Below, piece by piece: positions 27,804 to 41,047 of a DNA stretch of 64,000 nt. Made by a program: the position numbers and the translations under genes. A model generated the notes under the pieces. That model was not told where the DNA came from, ran no database searches, and saw only the letters and a program-made list of their open reading frames with translations. Numbering within the stretch: position 1 is the stretch's first letter; every line of letters begins with the position of its first letter. The stretch spans positions 16,348,170 through 16,412,169 of the forward strand of contig OZ316895.1 in NCBI GenBank assembly GCA_973895155.1, read 5' to 3'. This DNA is from Marsupella aquatica. Lineage: Eukaryota > Plantae > Marchantiophyta.

Positions 27804-28095
27804 TGTTAGGAATTGACTCGAGTTCCCGGCTTAGTTAGTTTGGCCTTAGTAGGGTTAGCTAACCCTGGATTACATTAGGACAAGATCCACTTAGTTTAAG
27901 CCCACACATCTCGACCCCCTTGGGGGGTATAGGTTGGAGGGAGAGCATTCTCTCCCTCATTCTTCAGATGTACTTTCTCATGAGCTATGGGTCCTTCAGG
28001 AGTTTCTCCATCATGGTGTCTTGTTGGTGTAGTGTGAAATTGAGAGCTCTCATTTTCCGCATTGTTGTCTAGTTGAGAGCCGATGGTTTCTTACA
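27804..28095. mobile_element. possible short solo LTR (~290 bp)
   Basis: TGTTAGGAA ... TTTCTTACA termini. Flanks GATAT/GATTC match only partly, so the TSD is uncertain. Confidence 0.4.
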
Positions 28096-28383
28096 GATTC
28101 TGAATGAAGTAAACTTTAAAGGTAGTTAGGACAATTTCATTGAAGACAAATAGGAGTACATTCACGGTAATGCCAAGGATAATTGCATGCAAATAGTTTC
28201 CCTTAGTACCTCTATGTTGATACAATACATGTAACATTCCATATAGTTCATGCAAAATATTACTTCGTACATAGTAGTTGAAAGGTCTTAGAGTCCTTTG
28301 ATATTCCTCTACCTATAGTAGTTATGGTGTTTCTTACCTTTGCTTGTTACTCCTCCATCCATAGTAGCCAAAGTGTTTCTTAA

Positions 28384-28570
28384 GTTACCCTTAGTAAATG
28401 TTAAAGAAGTTGAAAAGTTTCTTGGGTTTCTTATGTTACCTTGGTAAATGTTAGAGAAGTTGAAAAGTTTCTTGGGTTTCTTATGTTACCTTGGTAAATG
28501 TTAGAGAAGTTGAAAAGTTTCTTGGGTTTCTTATGTTACTTTGGTAAATGTTAGAGTTGAAGAGTTTCTT
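28384..28570. repeat. 50-bp tandem repeat, about 3.5 copies
   Basis: Unit GTTACCTTGGTAAATGTTAGAGAAGTTGAAAAGTTTCTTGGGTTTCTTAT. Confidence 0.92.
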
Positions 28571-30329
28571 TCTCCTTGTCCTTTCAAAAATGTGTAAATT
28601 GAAACATAATACCAGAAAATACTGATATATCAATCATTACTCATCCAAAGACTGTTTTCTTTCACCCTTATTTTACCCTTTTCTCTGTTGATTTGAAATG
28701 TTATTTTTCAGTTTTCCATTGTTTTACAGTTACATGGACTATCTGTTGTTTTTCTTTGCTTTGTCTCAAACACTAATAGTCAAATTTGGCTCTTCTTGAA
28801 TAACTAACTGTTCTTGTTTGTGACAAATCATGCTAATGTGGCTACACGTGAATTTAGGAATTTTGGAAGGAACTTCCCATGGGAGTCCATGGGAGTCACT
28901 AATAATAGACCCCCACCAAACATCTTCTAAAATGAAATCCAACAAATCCAAATCCCTGGAATGATGGAGCCAAAGTTTGGAAATGCTTGGAACACCTTAC
29001 CAGAGTGTCTATTCTAGACAAAATAAGCTTCACATCAACATATCATGGGGTCCATTGCTTGTCATGTAACATCACTAGACACTGTACCTGAATGGGCCCA
29101 GAATTTTCTTGTAAAGCCAACTCCAGCACTGTCCACTCATTATAATTTAATTTCTGTTTGCCATGTAGGAGAGGCAGACACTATAGCTGAATAGGCCCTG
29201 AGTTTCTTGTAAAGCCAACTGCAGCCCTTTCCACTCATTGTCCAGTCCAGATTCCTACTTAAAGGGAATACAAAGAAGAAAAATGCCCACATGTCTTGTG
29301 ACACGACCTTGAGCTTATGATTGAATCTTAAGTACTATAAAATAGATGTAGACTGAAAAGGACTATTTCCTTCCACTTATTATAAACAGATTTATTATTA
29401 AAGGGAATATAAAAAAGACAATGACCCCATGTGTTGTGAAAAGACCCTGAGATTATGAGTGAATCTTAACTACAGTAAATAGATGTACAATGAAAAAGAC
29501 TATTTCCTCCCAAAGTAATATCTTTGGATCTCATCTTCACTTTACCCAGCATTTCAGTTTGTTGCTCAGCAGGCTTTTGGGCTCTTCAGTGATTCCCTTG
29601 ATTGGATCTTGGGCCCGTTAGTGTTCCTCGTTATTGGGTTTCTGGCTATTGGGATCCTGTCTCCGCTAAGACGCCTTTTATTCTGTTCTATATATATCTT
29701 AGCTTAAAATTCTTCCCATTTTACCTTACGACTCATGTAAATTTGATTAAAACGGTCCTACCGAATCTATGGAATTTGTATCGTGCACGGTTTCCCAGGT
29801 GAAGTCTCCTCGTGCGCTCTGTAGAGCCACAGATCGAAGAGGATGATGAATGATCGATCCGATTTAAGGCAAGTTGTATCGTGCACGGTTTCCAAGCTCA
29901 AGTGTACTCATGCCCTCTGTGGAACCAGACCTCGAAGAGAATGTTGGAACATCGATCCGAGGATTGGAAAGGCGTAAACTTGAATCCTGGGTGAGTGATG
30001 CGGTCATTCCAACTCTTCTGGTTTGCTCGGACGTCAGAAACCACGAAGATGTGACATGGACAGCACTTCTGTATCATTGGATTCTCGCAAGGTAAATGAG
30101 CATTGCCCCTTCTTCATATCGTAAATCTTTAACTGGCCCTGGGAGGGGCAAGGGCCACCTCCAATCACTGACCATTGAATGAGTATACTCGTGGGTCAGT
30201 CCCAAATCTGGCCTGAACCTTCTGGGCCACAACGGCAGCAGCATCACTGCCTCCTATGCAACGATGGGTTTGATCTGAAGCTCGGGTCAGATTAGAGGAG
30301 GGAATTGGAGGTTGAGTGGAGTAAGAGCT

Positions 30330-33300
30330 ATGTCGTCCGAGGGGGAATTGAGCTCTGCTGTCACCAAATGGAGTGGCCAGACAAAGGTGCAAGGCTTTGT
30401 GTTGGTCCTCTTCCAAGTGCTCGTTTGGTTCACGCCCAGCGAAGCCTACATAGTGCCATTTCTCACCCGGGTGAAACATTTCACCAATGAACAGGTGATG
30501 TTAAGCATCCGTCCTTGTGGATTTTCCTTGGGAAGTGAAAGGCCTTTGTGAGCTACTTGTCTTATTTTGAAAACTTCCGAGTCTCCTCCTTTCCATACAA
30601 TGAAATTATAGGCTGAGAAGTCTCTAAAGACTTGCCATATATTTGTAATGCGGTCGAGACGTATTGTAAAGCAAAGAGAACGAATAGAATCATTCTTGCC
30701 TTTCGTCTTTCTCATTTCTTATTTCCTGTGCAATTCTTCTTTGTTCCCGTGAATTTCCAGGATCCGTTGATGGAATGAGCTCTGGGTCCCAGCTTGAAGT
30801 CCTTGCAATGTAGTTGCAAGAATGGACATGATTCCTGACATGTTCTATATGTGCAGATACTTATTGATATATTTCCATATGGAGTATATGCCCAGCTTTT
30901 CTTTACTTTGCTGGCAGCTCCAGCTTGTCATTATTTCACACACAGGGCATTCATTATTATTGGTAGGTGAGTGCCCTTTTTGATTGACTGCGTTTCATAA
31001 AAACATGGCAGGAAGTACAACAATGGGTTATCACTCAATTCAAGAGTTTAGAGTTCTAGTTCTGAAACTTTCAGCGGGTAACGAATTGCAGCTTTGAAAG
31101 GCAGCAACAATTTGGTTTGCCCTTGACACCAAGTAAGATCGATATGCTTGCGTAAAATGAAAGGGACGTGTTCAGTGCACATTCTGAGAAAGCAGTGGTG
31201 TGGTTCTATGAAAACACCTAGAAAGTCCTCCCTGGGCCTGTATTGGTATGTATGAAGTGGCAGAACGTCTCTACATGAGCAAAGAGCCCGCGCTGTAAAA
31301 ATATAATCTCTGGTTGCCTCCATTTTAATGAGCCTAACATTGTCTTGGTGGTTATCAGGCACATTCAGCAAGTTAGCAACTTTTGTCATTCAATATATTG
31401 CAGAACCCGGATTCCTGTTGCCTATGCAACTCACCCAGGTAGCCATCAAACTATATTGCCGTAAAATCATATTAACGCCATGACATGTCTAGAGGTTATT
31501 CACGTCTGTATTTATTGATGGTTATAAAATGTCGTCGATCCTTTTCAATATGTATGGACACCTAATTCGGTTTCGGAGGTGAGCTACATACTGTCTGCAG
31601 CCCAATCTGGGTCCAGGCTGTGAATGCAAAGCTGAGAATTTCTGGGTTCAAAGTTGTGTGTTAGTCCCATGAATCTGGGAACCAGATTCAAAGCAGTACA
31701 TGCCTCGATTGTTTTTCATTTTGTATGAGAAGTCAGGATATTCATAGACTATCTGCCTGTTCTCTTTTCTGCAGATCACCTATGGACTCGGCATGAGTAC
31801 AAATTTGGTGTTTTCATCGTACATTTTCGTAATATTTTCTGAGCAAGACTATCAAGTTATGGTAAGTTAATACCTTGGAAGCAGTCTGCGGCTTGACCTG
31901 TCCACTTGCATTCTAACCACTCGCTCACAGTCATTGCAATAATATTCTAAAGCAATTGTGGTCAATTGACAAGCACATTATCCTCAACTCGTCATTTGGA
32001 TCCAAAAGCACCAGACATGCAAATCCTTCAATGCAATGACTCCGCACATGACCAAACTATCCAATCCTGGATATTTATTAAGAGGACCATCAGACTTTCA
32101 TCTCCCATTCCACCCTTTAAATCTTAGAATTCTCTAAAGGATGAAGTAGGTTGCTCTCGAAGTCATGACGCTCTGAAAGAACTAGTTTATTTTGTCTGGA
32201 AATACTGTGGGGAGAGCTTGCAATTCTTAAAAATAAGGTTTCTAGTTTTGAGCGCATCAGATCGGACTAAGCCCAGGGAGGGTTCAAGTTGAATTTTACA
32301 TCAGAGTTACATGTGGAGAGTATTTAATATAGAGGGTCGAGTGATTCTGGTGGCTGGGTTTCAAGGAGACCCTAAAGATGGGTGTCATAACGTCACACCT
32401 GAAGTCGACAAATAGCCATTATGTTTAACAAGAGGCTCTTCCACTTTTGCTACAATTCGCGAACGTTTGTCTGTTTTTGTTGAAATCCTTTAGTGGTGTT
32501 ACGAGCCATGCCGCTCAGCACTCTTACTCACATTTTTTGTCAGTCACGCAATTCTCTTTTAAGTGCCACCTGAAAGAGCGTGACAGATTCCATTTCAACC
32601 AACATGGGCTTAGCTCCACTTAATTTATTTGGTCCCTGGACTTATTGGAGATGTAACCTTTATTTGTTTGTAGACAAGCTACACTCAGGCAGCTTCACTC
32701 ACTGCCTTTCTGATGGCTGCCGAACTAGGTATGATAGGTTTTTCAAATTTTGTTTTTTATTCAGTTTTTTATAGAGGATCACAAAGTTTTGCTTATACAT
32801 CAAATGTTGACTTTTATCCTGTGGCTACAGCGCAGTTCTTGGTGGATGGAGGTGTATCCCTAGTGATACTTCTTCTGATTACACTGAGCTTTGTGAGCAC
32901 TACCGTTCTTACCATGCCGGAAGTCCCCTTCTCACCATTAGTTTTAATTCATGAAGAATTTGTTGGATAGCTTGAAGCTTTGATTTGCCTACTGAAGTTC
33001 CGCGCAAGTTTCGGGTTGACCTGCCAAGAATATTTCCATGCAGTACATGGAATCCCTTAACGATTGTTCCTGGTTGCTTTTTTAGGCGGGGTTGGCTTGT
33101 TCTGTGTCATTTCTTCTACCAAGAGATGAATCTGGATCTCAAGAAACGCGACTTCTGGGTCTTGAGCAGCACGAAGGAGTCCGGGTAAGAACTTGCACTG
33201 CTTGTTAGCATCTGAGATGTGTCCAACTGACGTTAGTAGTCAGTACCACTTTTATGGCTGAAGATAGAATTATCTGATGATACGTTATATGTTGATTGAT

Positions 33301-35461
33301 GGTGTGATTGTGGGCAGTTTTTGCACAGAAAGTTTCGTTAGAGGGATCAGAAAAGAGTGTTCCAGTGTTCCAACCATTGCTGTGCCAGATAAGACCTCAT
33401 GAATACAGTTGATATTTCAGCTCTTAGTGATGTTTAGGATCTTAGAAAAAGCGGTTGTGTATCTACGCGTCTCACAGCGTTCGTTCAGAAGATCTGGTTT
33501 CAATACCTTATTTGCTTTTAGTCTCAGGAAAAATTCTGGGACGAATTACCTCCTTCAAATGCTGTTTCATTGAAATCAGTTGATTTCTTGTTCCTGCCTA
33601 GAGATTGAGATAGTGTGCATCATCCATAGGATAGGCTACTATTCTCTGCCTACCATTTGGATCCGTGCCACTGGAACAGCACAGTAAAAGCCACCATAAT
33701 TATCGATTTCATTCTTGACTCTCTATCTAAACCTTGTCTTCTACCTCGGGGTTTCTTTCTGCGATGGCTTCCCGTAAAGTATCTCTCACGTGTCCTGCTT
33801 CGGGCTAGAAAGGGAAAGGCAATTTTATTCGTTGTTCATTCATACAGGGAATTGGGGAGGTCATAAAACAAACGTGGAAGGGACGAAGTCTTCGCTTGCT
33901 TTCCTTCTGGTCAGTGCAAACTGCCTTGTCGAAGTTTTCTTATCAGATTAGATATGTTGAGGTCGTCCTCTCTTGTGTTTAGAAACTCAGATGATTGCTT
34001 CATGAGGCATCAATCTTTCAAGAACTCTATTTCAATTTCAGTATTTAGATCGGTTTGCCTATCTCCTACTGAGTTCCTACGAATTACTTTTATCAATACG
34101 CCAACGTATTTGTATATACGAAAGTATGCGGTTGGGGATTTACCGAACCAGTTGTCCCTGCTCGGAGTTTTCAGATGGAAATGGTAAGATGAATCAATTT
34201 CTAAAAACCTTTGAAATCATTTAGCGATCATGGACATTTGTCAGCTCAGGGTTCTGTCTTGACTCATATGTCAGCAAGGGAATTAGCAGACTTTATTAAT
34301 CTTGTGAGATGTGTAGTCGCCCCACTCCTAATTCAGATGTATCTCAATGTAGCCTACTTTATCCACCTACTTTATCCACGTGTTACATTCTGGATTTGAC
34401 GAGCCTAAATTGTGAAAATGCCATTGGTGCAGGGACATGTTTCTGGTGGAAGAGTTGTGAGAATTGTTTTACGTGAATAATCTTTGCAGTTTGTCTGTCT
34501 TTACCTTTCTTACGATCATTGCTGTCTGTGGGTGGAAAGGTGGGTGTTTGGAACAGCAGGATTTTCAATGATATTGAATTATGGCACAAACCTCTTTGAC
34601 AAGATTGATTCAACAACCAACAGTTATGGGCACATAGTAGCAGCTTCACAAGGGGCGGGATCACTTGGTGCATTGGCCGGTGTAAAATTAGCTCCTTTCG
34701 CCTCGCAAAAGGGAGGGCTGGTTTATGTCATTGGAACAGCAGTGTCCGGATTGTGCTGTATAATCATGGGGTGGAGCAACAGTCTTTGGATTGCTTATCC
34801 ATCGTACGTTGTTTCCATAGGAATCAGTCAGCTCCTTCTGTGCCTGATTTACGTACAGTGTGCAAAATGTCTTTCCAATCGCGAATTTGTTCTCCTCTTC
34901 AGCTTCAATGCTGCAGCTGCCCTCCTTGTACAATCAGCAATCCAAGCAGGAGTTGTAAGTTCCTCCATGCCCTGGTCTGTCTAGATTGACCCAAACCTTT
35001 TCACACTTGCCATAATGTAGATTGCATATTTTGTAGCTAGTCAAGATTTCTTGGCTACCTCGTGGTGTTAAACTTAGGTGCATTTACAACAGAATCACAA
35101 CTGAACGTAGCCTTCACAGATTTCCAATTGCATTTTGTCTCATCTTCTTAGAGCGGGTTACTGTTGGTTTGAAGACAGGTAAGTTATGGGACATTTGTTT
35201 GTGCTGAATCGTGAGCAAACCTGCAAGTTTGAGACAGTTATCGACAACGAAGGATCTCTTCGTAACACCAAACTAACGCCAAAATTGTTGGATTCTTCTC
35301 AGGAAATTTTACAGTTGGTGATCGTGGATCAGTTTTATGTGTATGGTGGATACTGCATAGCATTGGCTCTGGTCTTCTTGTTTCTTTGCCATGAGAACTA
35401 TTTGAAGACAGGCACGGTAGAGATCGTTCCATCCAGTGAAGAAAGTACGTTTCTTATGTGA
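30330..35461 (+). CDS. SLC19 / reduced-folate-carrier-family MFS transporter (folate or thiamine carrier-like); 10 exons
   Basis: Phase-consistent GT-AG exons: 30330-30494, 30857-30962, 31359-31438, 31775-31861, 32674-32728, 32831-32892, 33086-33184, 33848-33909, 34540-34954, 35303-35461. Motifs PSEAYIVPFL..KHFTNEQI..DIFP, MQLTQITYG..SSYIF...YQ, LRLLSFWWVFGTAG, LLFSFN and QFYVYGGY parallel animal SLC19A motifs as recalled. Confidence 0.85.
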
Positions 35462-36397
35462 GTTCATTTGCTCGTGCAGAGCCGAGAAGAGAGAATTTAT
35501 CTCTATGGCCAGCTCATTGTCTTGATTGATACCACGATCGATTTAGTTTATGCGGGCCGAAGCGGGCTGAGATAGCAAGAAGGGCCTTTATGACGCTTCC
35601 GTGTTTTTCAGAACCCTTCATTGGCAATCACACGCCACTTAAGAGTTTGATCCGTTTCATTATCTCTCGCTGAATATTTATGACCACTTTCCCTTGTTGG
35701 ATCAAGTGGAGACCTGTTGTTTAATTCTTTATCCTCTGATTTCATGAGGTATTTCCTCGTTATACTTCTGGCCCAGCTACAGTAAGTTGAAGAACACGAG
35801 ATTTTAAGATCAGAGTAACTTGTTTGTGCACCGGTCTAAAGCTCCATTTTCTTCTTCCAGAATCATATCATACTCGTAACAAATTCTCTACTATACATTA
35901 CACTAGTTCCCGAATCAGCTCAGATATCGTCTCTCACTTCATTATTAGCATTTTAAGAAGCTTAAATTTCTGTTCTAGTCTGCCCATTCAGTTCGGATGG
36001 GCTCAGAGATCCGTCACGCCATCTGTGGTCATCGTCTTATATGCTGATGACACATTACTCCCAAACAAACTTCACACAGTTCCTATGTTCTCGCTTGGTT
36101 TGGATAACTAGTTACATCGTCACATATGACGACACCTTTCACTCCACCCAGTTGGTATTTTCTCGCTCGGTTTGAATCACTATATTCACCATCACATATC
36201 GCTGCCATTCCAATTCAATAGCCAAGACCCTGTCTTTTGCAGCGAAGGAAACTTCCTACAATGCTTGAAATACTCCGTTCTGGTACCAGCATTGTGAGGT
36301 ACAATCTTGCCTTTGTTAGCTGGAGTGACCATAGTGACAGCCCTTCTACATGATCGAAGTTTTCAGTATCACACAGAACAATCGGATCCCACCAGTA

Positions 36398-37357
36398 TCA
36401 TACAGAGAAATCAGATCCCAACGACGCAGAATCACGATTCTTGCAACGAGGATTCGCCTGAACAATCCCATCGTAACACAACTGCAGTTGTCCATGAAGC
36501 TGCTGAAGAACCTTGTTTTCTCCGAACGCTGCTATCAACTCCGTTGGGGAGCGATACTTCTTTGCAATCTTAAGCAAAGTCTCGAATGGAGTCTGAAATT
36601 CCGCCGTAAGCCTCCGTTCACTCTGCAGCGATGCGCGGAAACCCGTTACATCAACTATTTCACGAACATCCTTCCACTGGTTCATGAGTTCTGGACTGAC
36701 TCCGTATAAATCCGGATAGACCTTCGGATCCTTCATTGTGCCGGTCAGGCACAACAAAGCGTCTACCACCGGTCGTCCGCGGTGCGCTGCTCGGTCCCCG
36801 CACTTGATGCGCTCGTCGTAATTCGCACATTTGCGCCGTCCCATTCGCCGTCGATGATGCTCCAGGTAACGTAGCCGAACTTCTATGCCGATGTTCCTGG
36901 CCGGGGTCTTCTGCAATTCCTCAAACTTAAGAGCACGGATCTCCTCTTGTTGCAAAACCCTGTCCGCTTCTAACTTTCCAATCTCTTTCCTGGCTTGACC
37001 GAGCTCGACCTGGTGGGAGCGGGCCTTATCCTCAAGCGCGCGGATCTCCTCCTCTTGCCGATGCCTTTCCGCTTCTAACCTTCTAATCACTTCTATTTGC
37101 GAGTTCGCCTCAACCTTAAGTGCACGGATCTCGTTGCGTCGCACCTGCCTTCTTTCTTCTCGATATTCAATCTCTGCCCTCATTCCAGCTAGCTCGGCTT
37201 CGTAGGAAGCTCTCGTTCGAGCTAGCTCGTCTTGGTACGAGCGCACCTCGGACTTGAGTGCACGGATCTCATCGCAGTGCAGCACCTTCTCTGTTTCTAG
37301 CTTTTCATTCGCTTTTCTCACTTGAACTACGTAAGCTTCGAGGCTCTTGTACTCCAT
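36398..37357 (-). CDS. intronless coiled-coil protein (EIRAL[KE] repeats) with a fungal-like C-terminal domain
   Basis: 319-aa ORF from the ATG at 37357. N-terminal coiled coil with repeated EIRAL[KE]; C-terminal GDRAAHRGRPVVDALL...YPDLYGVSP. Confidence 0.72.
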   Translation of the reverse strand: MEYKSLEAYVVQVRKANEKLETEKVLHCDEIRALKSEVRSYQDELARTRASYEAELAGMRAEIEYREERRQVRRNEIRALKVEANSQIEVIRRLEAERHRQEEEIRALEDKARSHQVELGQARKEIGKLEADRVLQQEEIRALKFEELQKTPARNIGIEVRLRYLEHHRRRMGRRKCANYDERIKCGDRAAHRGRPVVDALLCLTGTMKDPKVYPDLYGVSPELMNQWKDVREIVDVTGFRASLQSERRLTAEFQTPFETLLKIAKKYRSPTELIAAFGENKVLQQLHGQLQLCYDGIVQANPRCKNRDSASLGSDFSV

Positions 37358-38194
37358 ACTGATGGGCACGGCAGACTAGTACTGCAGTGAAATTTCGCAA
37401 ACTTCTTGGTATACTGAGGGACTACATCTAATCCGATTCTACATCCCGTAACGCTTCAGTGTATGCAGTATGGTACCGAAATTCCCATCAATGGCTTCAT
37501 TTGCTCATTCAAGCTCGAAGTTAGTCTTGGAGGTTGGGAAATTGGAAGTACGAGAATGCAGCATACGTAGTTGTAGCGAACTTCTCAAACCATCAACGAT
37601 TTCATGATCTTGGTGAGGTCGAATTGTTCACAGAGGCAGCAGAGAAGTGCGATTGACCGGTGATTTGATGACTTTTTTGGTCATTCGACCGGAGACCTCG
37701 TGGTCTTGGAGGTTGGGACTGGGAAGGTTCTGGAGTCGAGGTGATTGGTCAATTGGACAGATGAGATTCGGAGAGAATTTTCTACATCTTTGAGATAAAG
37801 GGCAGAGATGGTGCAGCGTAGATTTGGAGTATGGTGGAGAACATGCAATCGATGATGTTTGATACGAACTTCAAGGTCGAATAATTTGGTCGGTTCGAGA
37901 GCTAAGAGCAATTTTTTGGACTGATCCAGGGATTAGGGGCACTAGGCTGAAGGTTTCAATCGGAAACTTTCCCTTGACGCTATACTAGGCATCTCGCTGT
38001 GTTTGGTTACTGTAAGGAGTAAATCACCTGAATGACTATACCCTATAATCATCCTCCACACTAGAGATCAGTTTCACAGCACCAACGATTACAATCTTGA
38101 ACCCAATAAGAAGATAAGCAACCAACCCAATAGAAATTTGAAACCGTGCATTGTCTTCCAAATAAGCTTCACACCACCATAGACTACAATACTG

Positions 38195-38445
38195 AAATCC
38201 ACAAATCAGCAGCCAACGCAATAGAAAATCAAATCAGCAGCCAACCCAATAGAAAATCAAATCAGCAGCCAACCCAATAGAAAATCGAAACTGTGTATTG
38301 TCTTCCAAATAGAGATCTACCTAGAAATCAGCTTCACACCACCATAGACTACAATACTGAAATCCATTCACGAACCCAGTATTGAAATCCATCCACGAAC
38401 CCAGTATTGAAATCCATCCACGAACCCAGTATTGAAATCCACCGA
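38195..38445. repeat. short tandem repeats (28-bp and 25-bp units)
   Basis: AATAGAAAATCAAATCAGCAGCCAACCC x3; GTATTGAAATCCATCCACGAACCCA x3. Confidence 0.85.
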
Positions 38446-41047
38446 CAACCCAATAGGGACTCAAAATTGTGTTTTAGTCTTCAAAATAAGGATCCAAAAC
38501 CCACACTAGAAATGAGGCTCCACACACGATAGTTTTCCCTTACACTAGAATTAAACTTCACATCATAGTTGATTACATTCTTGAAAACCCAGCCACCAAA
38601 AACCCTAACAGTTTTCCCCAGACTAATCAAATCAGTTTCACACCACCATATATTACAATCTTGAGAAACCAATGACAATCCAATAGAAAGTCAACATTGT
38701 GCATTATTTGCTAAATAAATACAGATCCAAAAAACAAGTGTCTAAAACTCCAATAAAAATGAAGTGTCATTAGTTGGACATGACTTTTTACAGTTTAGTG
38801 GGTTTTGTCACCCAAGCAAGCTCTCCACTAAGGATTGGAGATGATCTTACAAGGCCTAGCAGATCTTACAAGGCCTAGCATATGTGATATGTCAGGTAAA
38901 GCCTGGAAGGTGCTTTCCAGAATAAGTACCCCAGGGCTTTGGAGTAGGATGGTCTTTCGGTTGAGGAACTGTTGAACAAGGAGGGTTCTACCATGTTTTA
39001 AACCTCCACTGTCACCCAAAGCGCAGGGCTTTGGAGTAGGATGGCCTTTCGTTGCAGGAACTCCTGAACATCGAGGTTCTACCCATGTTTAAAATGCTAG
39101 TCCCGGCCAAGCCCACGAAAGAGGGGCCCTCGTTTGGGAGGGAGCTGTGAACTCTTTCAAATAAACTGAGCAAAACAGAGGTTCTGCCCAAACAAGTCTA
39201 GCGTTATTCCTCATCACTAATGTGTTCCTTCTGAATTGTTCAACTAAAGAATTGCACAGAACGCGAATTGAAGTCATGAGGTGATTCTACTTAGGGAAAC
39301 GAGTTAGAGAGGTGCCTTGACTGTATTTCCATGGAGTAGACATGTTCTTGGTCGCTAACAGTTCTCGCTTTACAATGACAGTAACTATTCTATCAAAAAT
39401 CAATGAATTAAGTAGTGCTTCTGCAAAAGATTTAGGCTTTGCACGTCATCTAGGTTCCGATATTTCCTACAGAACACGCCTTCCTCTCGCCTGATCAATA
39501 CGAAGCACGTTCTAAATCCACATTTTAGATGGCCGAGTGGGACCCAAGAGGGATTGTCCATACAAAGCTGGTGATATAGGCAAGCTGTGAGCTCAGTTAG
39601 CAGAAAAGATGGTCGTCATATTCATCAACGTTTTTACGAAATGGTTTGACAACATAAACTACTCCTGGGTTGTAATTTGACCTTGATGGACGGTCCAGCC
39701 GAAAACATGAATTTCCAGCTAGAAACATACATATTTGCTCAGAAGACTGCCTTGTACCATTGACACCGCTCTACACTTATACTAGTTTGTTTGAATGAGT
39801 TGTTGGTCCCGAAGTAATGAACTTTGTCATGACTGTTCTCATGATTTGATTGAAATGATAGAGCATAAACATTGCAATCCATTGAATGCATGTGAAATTC
39901 CCTCTCGTCACATTCTATGGGAGCAGAGTTTATCGGGACTCTATGGCAGCAGAAATTTTGGACAGACAGACAAAGGAAAGTCCATACAAAGGTTTCAAGT
40001 CCGTAGAGACAGAAGGAATGCACATGGAATTCTCTGCCCAAGGAGAAAAACAACAATCTGTGAAAAAAATTGAGAGAGGACATAATTACAGCATGAGCAA
40101 ACATATCTATGTCTCTAAGGGGACGAAGTACAAATGATTGAAGAGATTTCAGCTTTATACCTTTGCTTTAAGAACAGCGTTGCAAGAAACGAAGTCATTC
40201 ACCGCTTTATGACAAACTAGGCGTGACAAAATCTCCAAAATCTCCAGCAATAAAGGACAAGATCCGACGAACTGATATTTTGCATTTTCATTCATTCTCA
40301 GCGTTCTTCCTTCAATTCACTTTCAGGTAGTCCAATTGCTCACAAGTCATTCACAAAAGCATTCTGAAAATAAGGATTTCCATTGCAGCAACATGTTCCC
40401 GAGATATCTCATTAATTGTATAAAACAATGACTTAACATTCAACCAACAGCCTACCAGTTTTCAGCTCAAATTGTTGAACATCAGTCACAACAGTAGGAG
40501 AAAGACCGGAGGAGAAAGACCGGAGGAGAAAGACCGGGAGAACGGCATTTGCTTGACTGGAATCACTTTACTGCCCCGGAAGGACATGATGCGTGCCTCA
40601 ATTGCTGCTCCAAAACAGAATGCACGTAGCATCCATGGCTGAAATCCTAATCCTCTGAGACTTGGAAAACAAGTTCTGACTATGCTCGTATGGATAGGCA
40701 TGGGAGTCTGGGCTTGTGGGTAGGGGAGCCTTTCCTGTGAATATGTGTGGGTATACGGGCCAGATTGTGTTAGGGATCCTCTTAATCTATATTTGGTTTT
40801 GTAACATCTAGAACTCATAATGAGACTGATTGTGATAGTAGCTTTGTTCGGAAATGGAGTGTGAAAAAGTGGGTGAGAATTCGGGTTAACTAGGATTAGT
40901 GAGTTCTGCAAGTACAACCTATGACCAGCTTAACTCCAACAACTCCTGGTGTGTTACAATTAAGATGGTTGGGATCAAACCCAAGGTCACACCTTCCCAT
41001 TGAAGAGCTTGTTGGCCTTTCTATCCTCATGCCCCAGTACCTTTACA

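Noticed and set aside
35150-35178. Possible extra micro-exon in the SLC19 gene (strong GTAAGT donor at about 35179)
   Set aside because: Including it breaks phase or introduces a stop; exon 9 joins exon 10 in frame without it.
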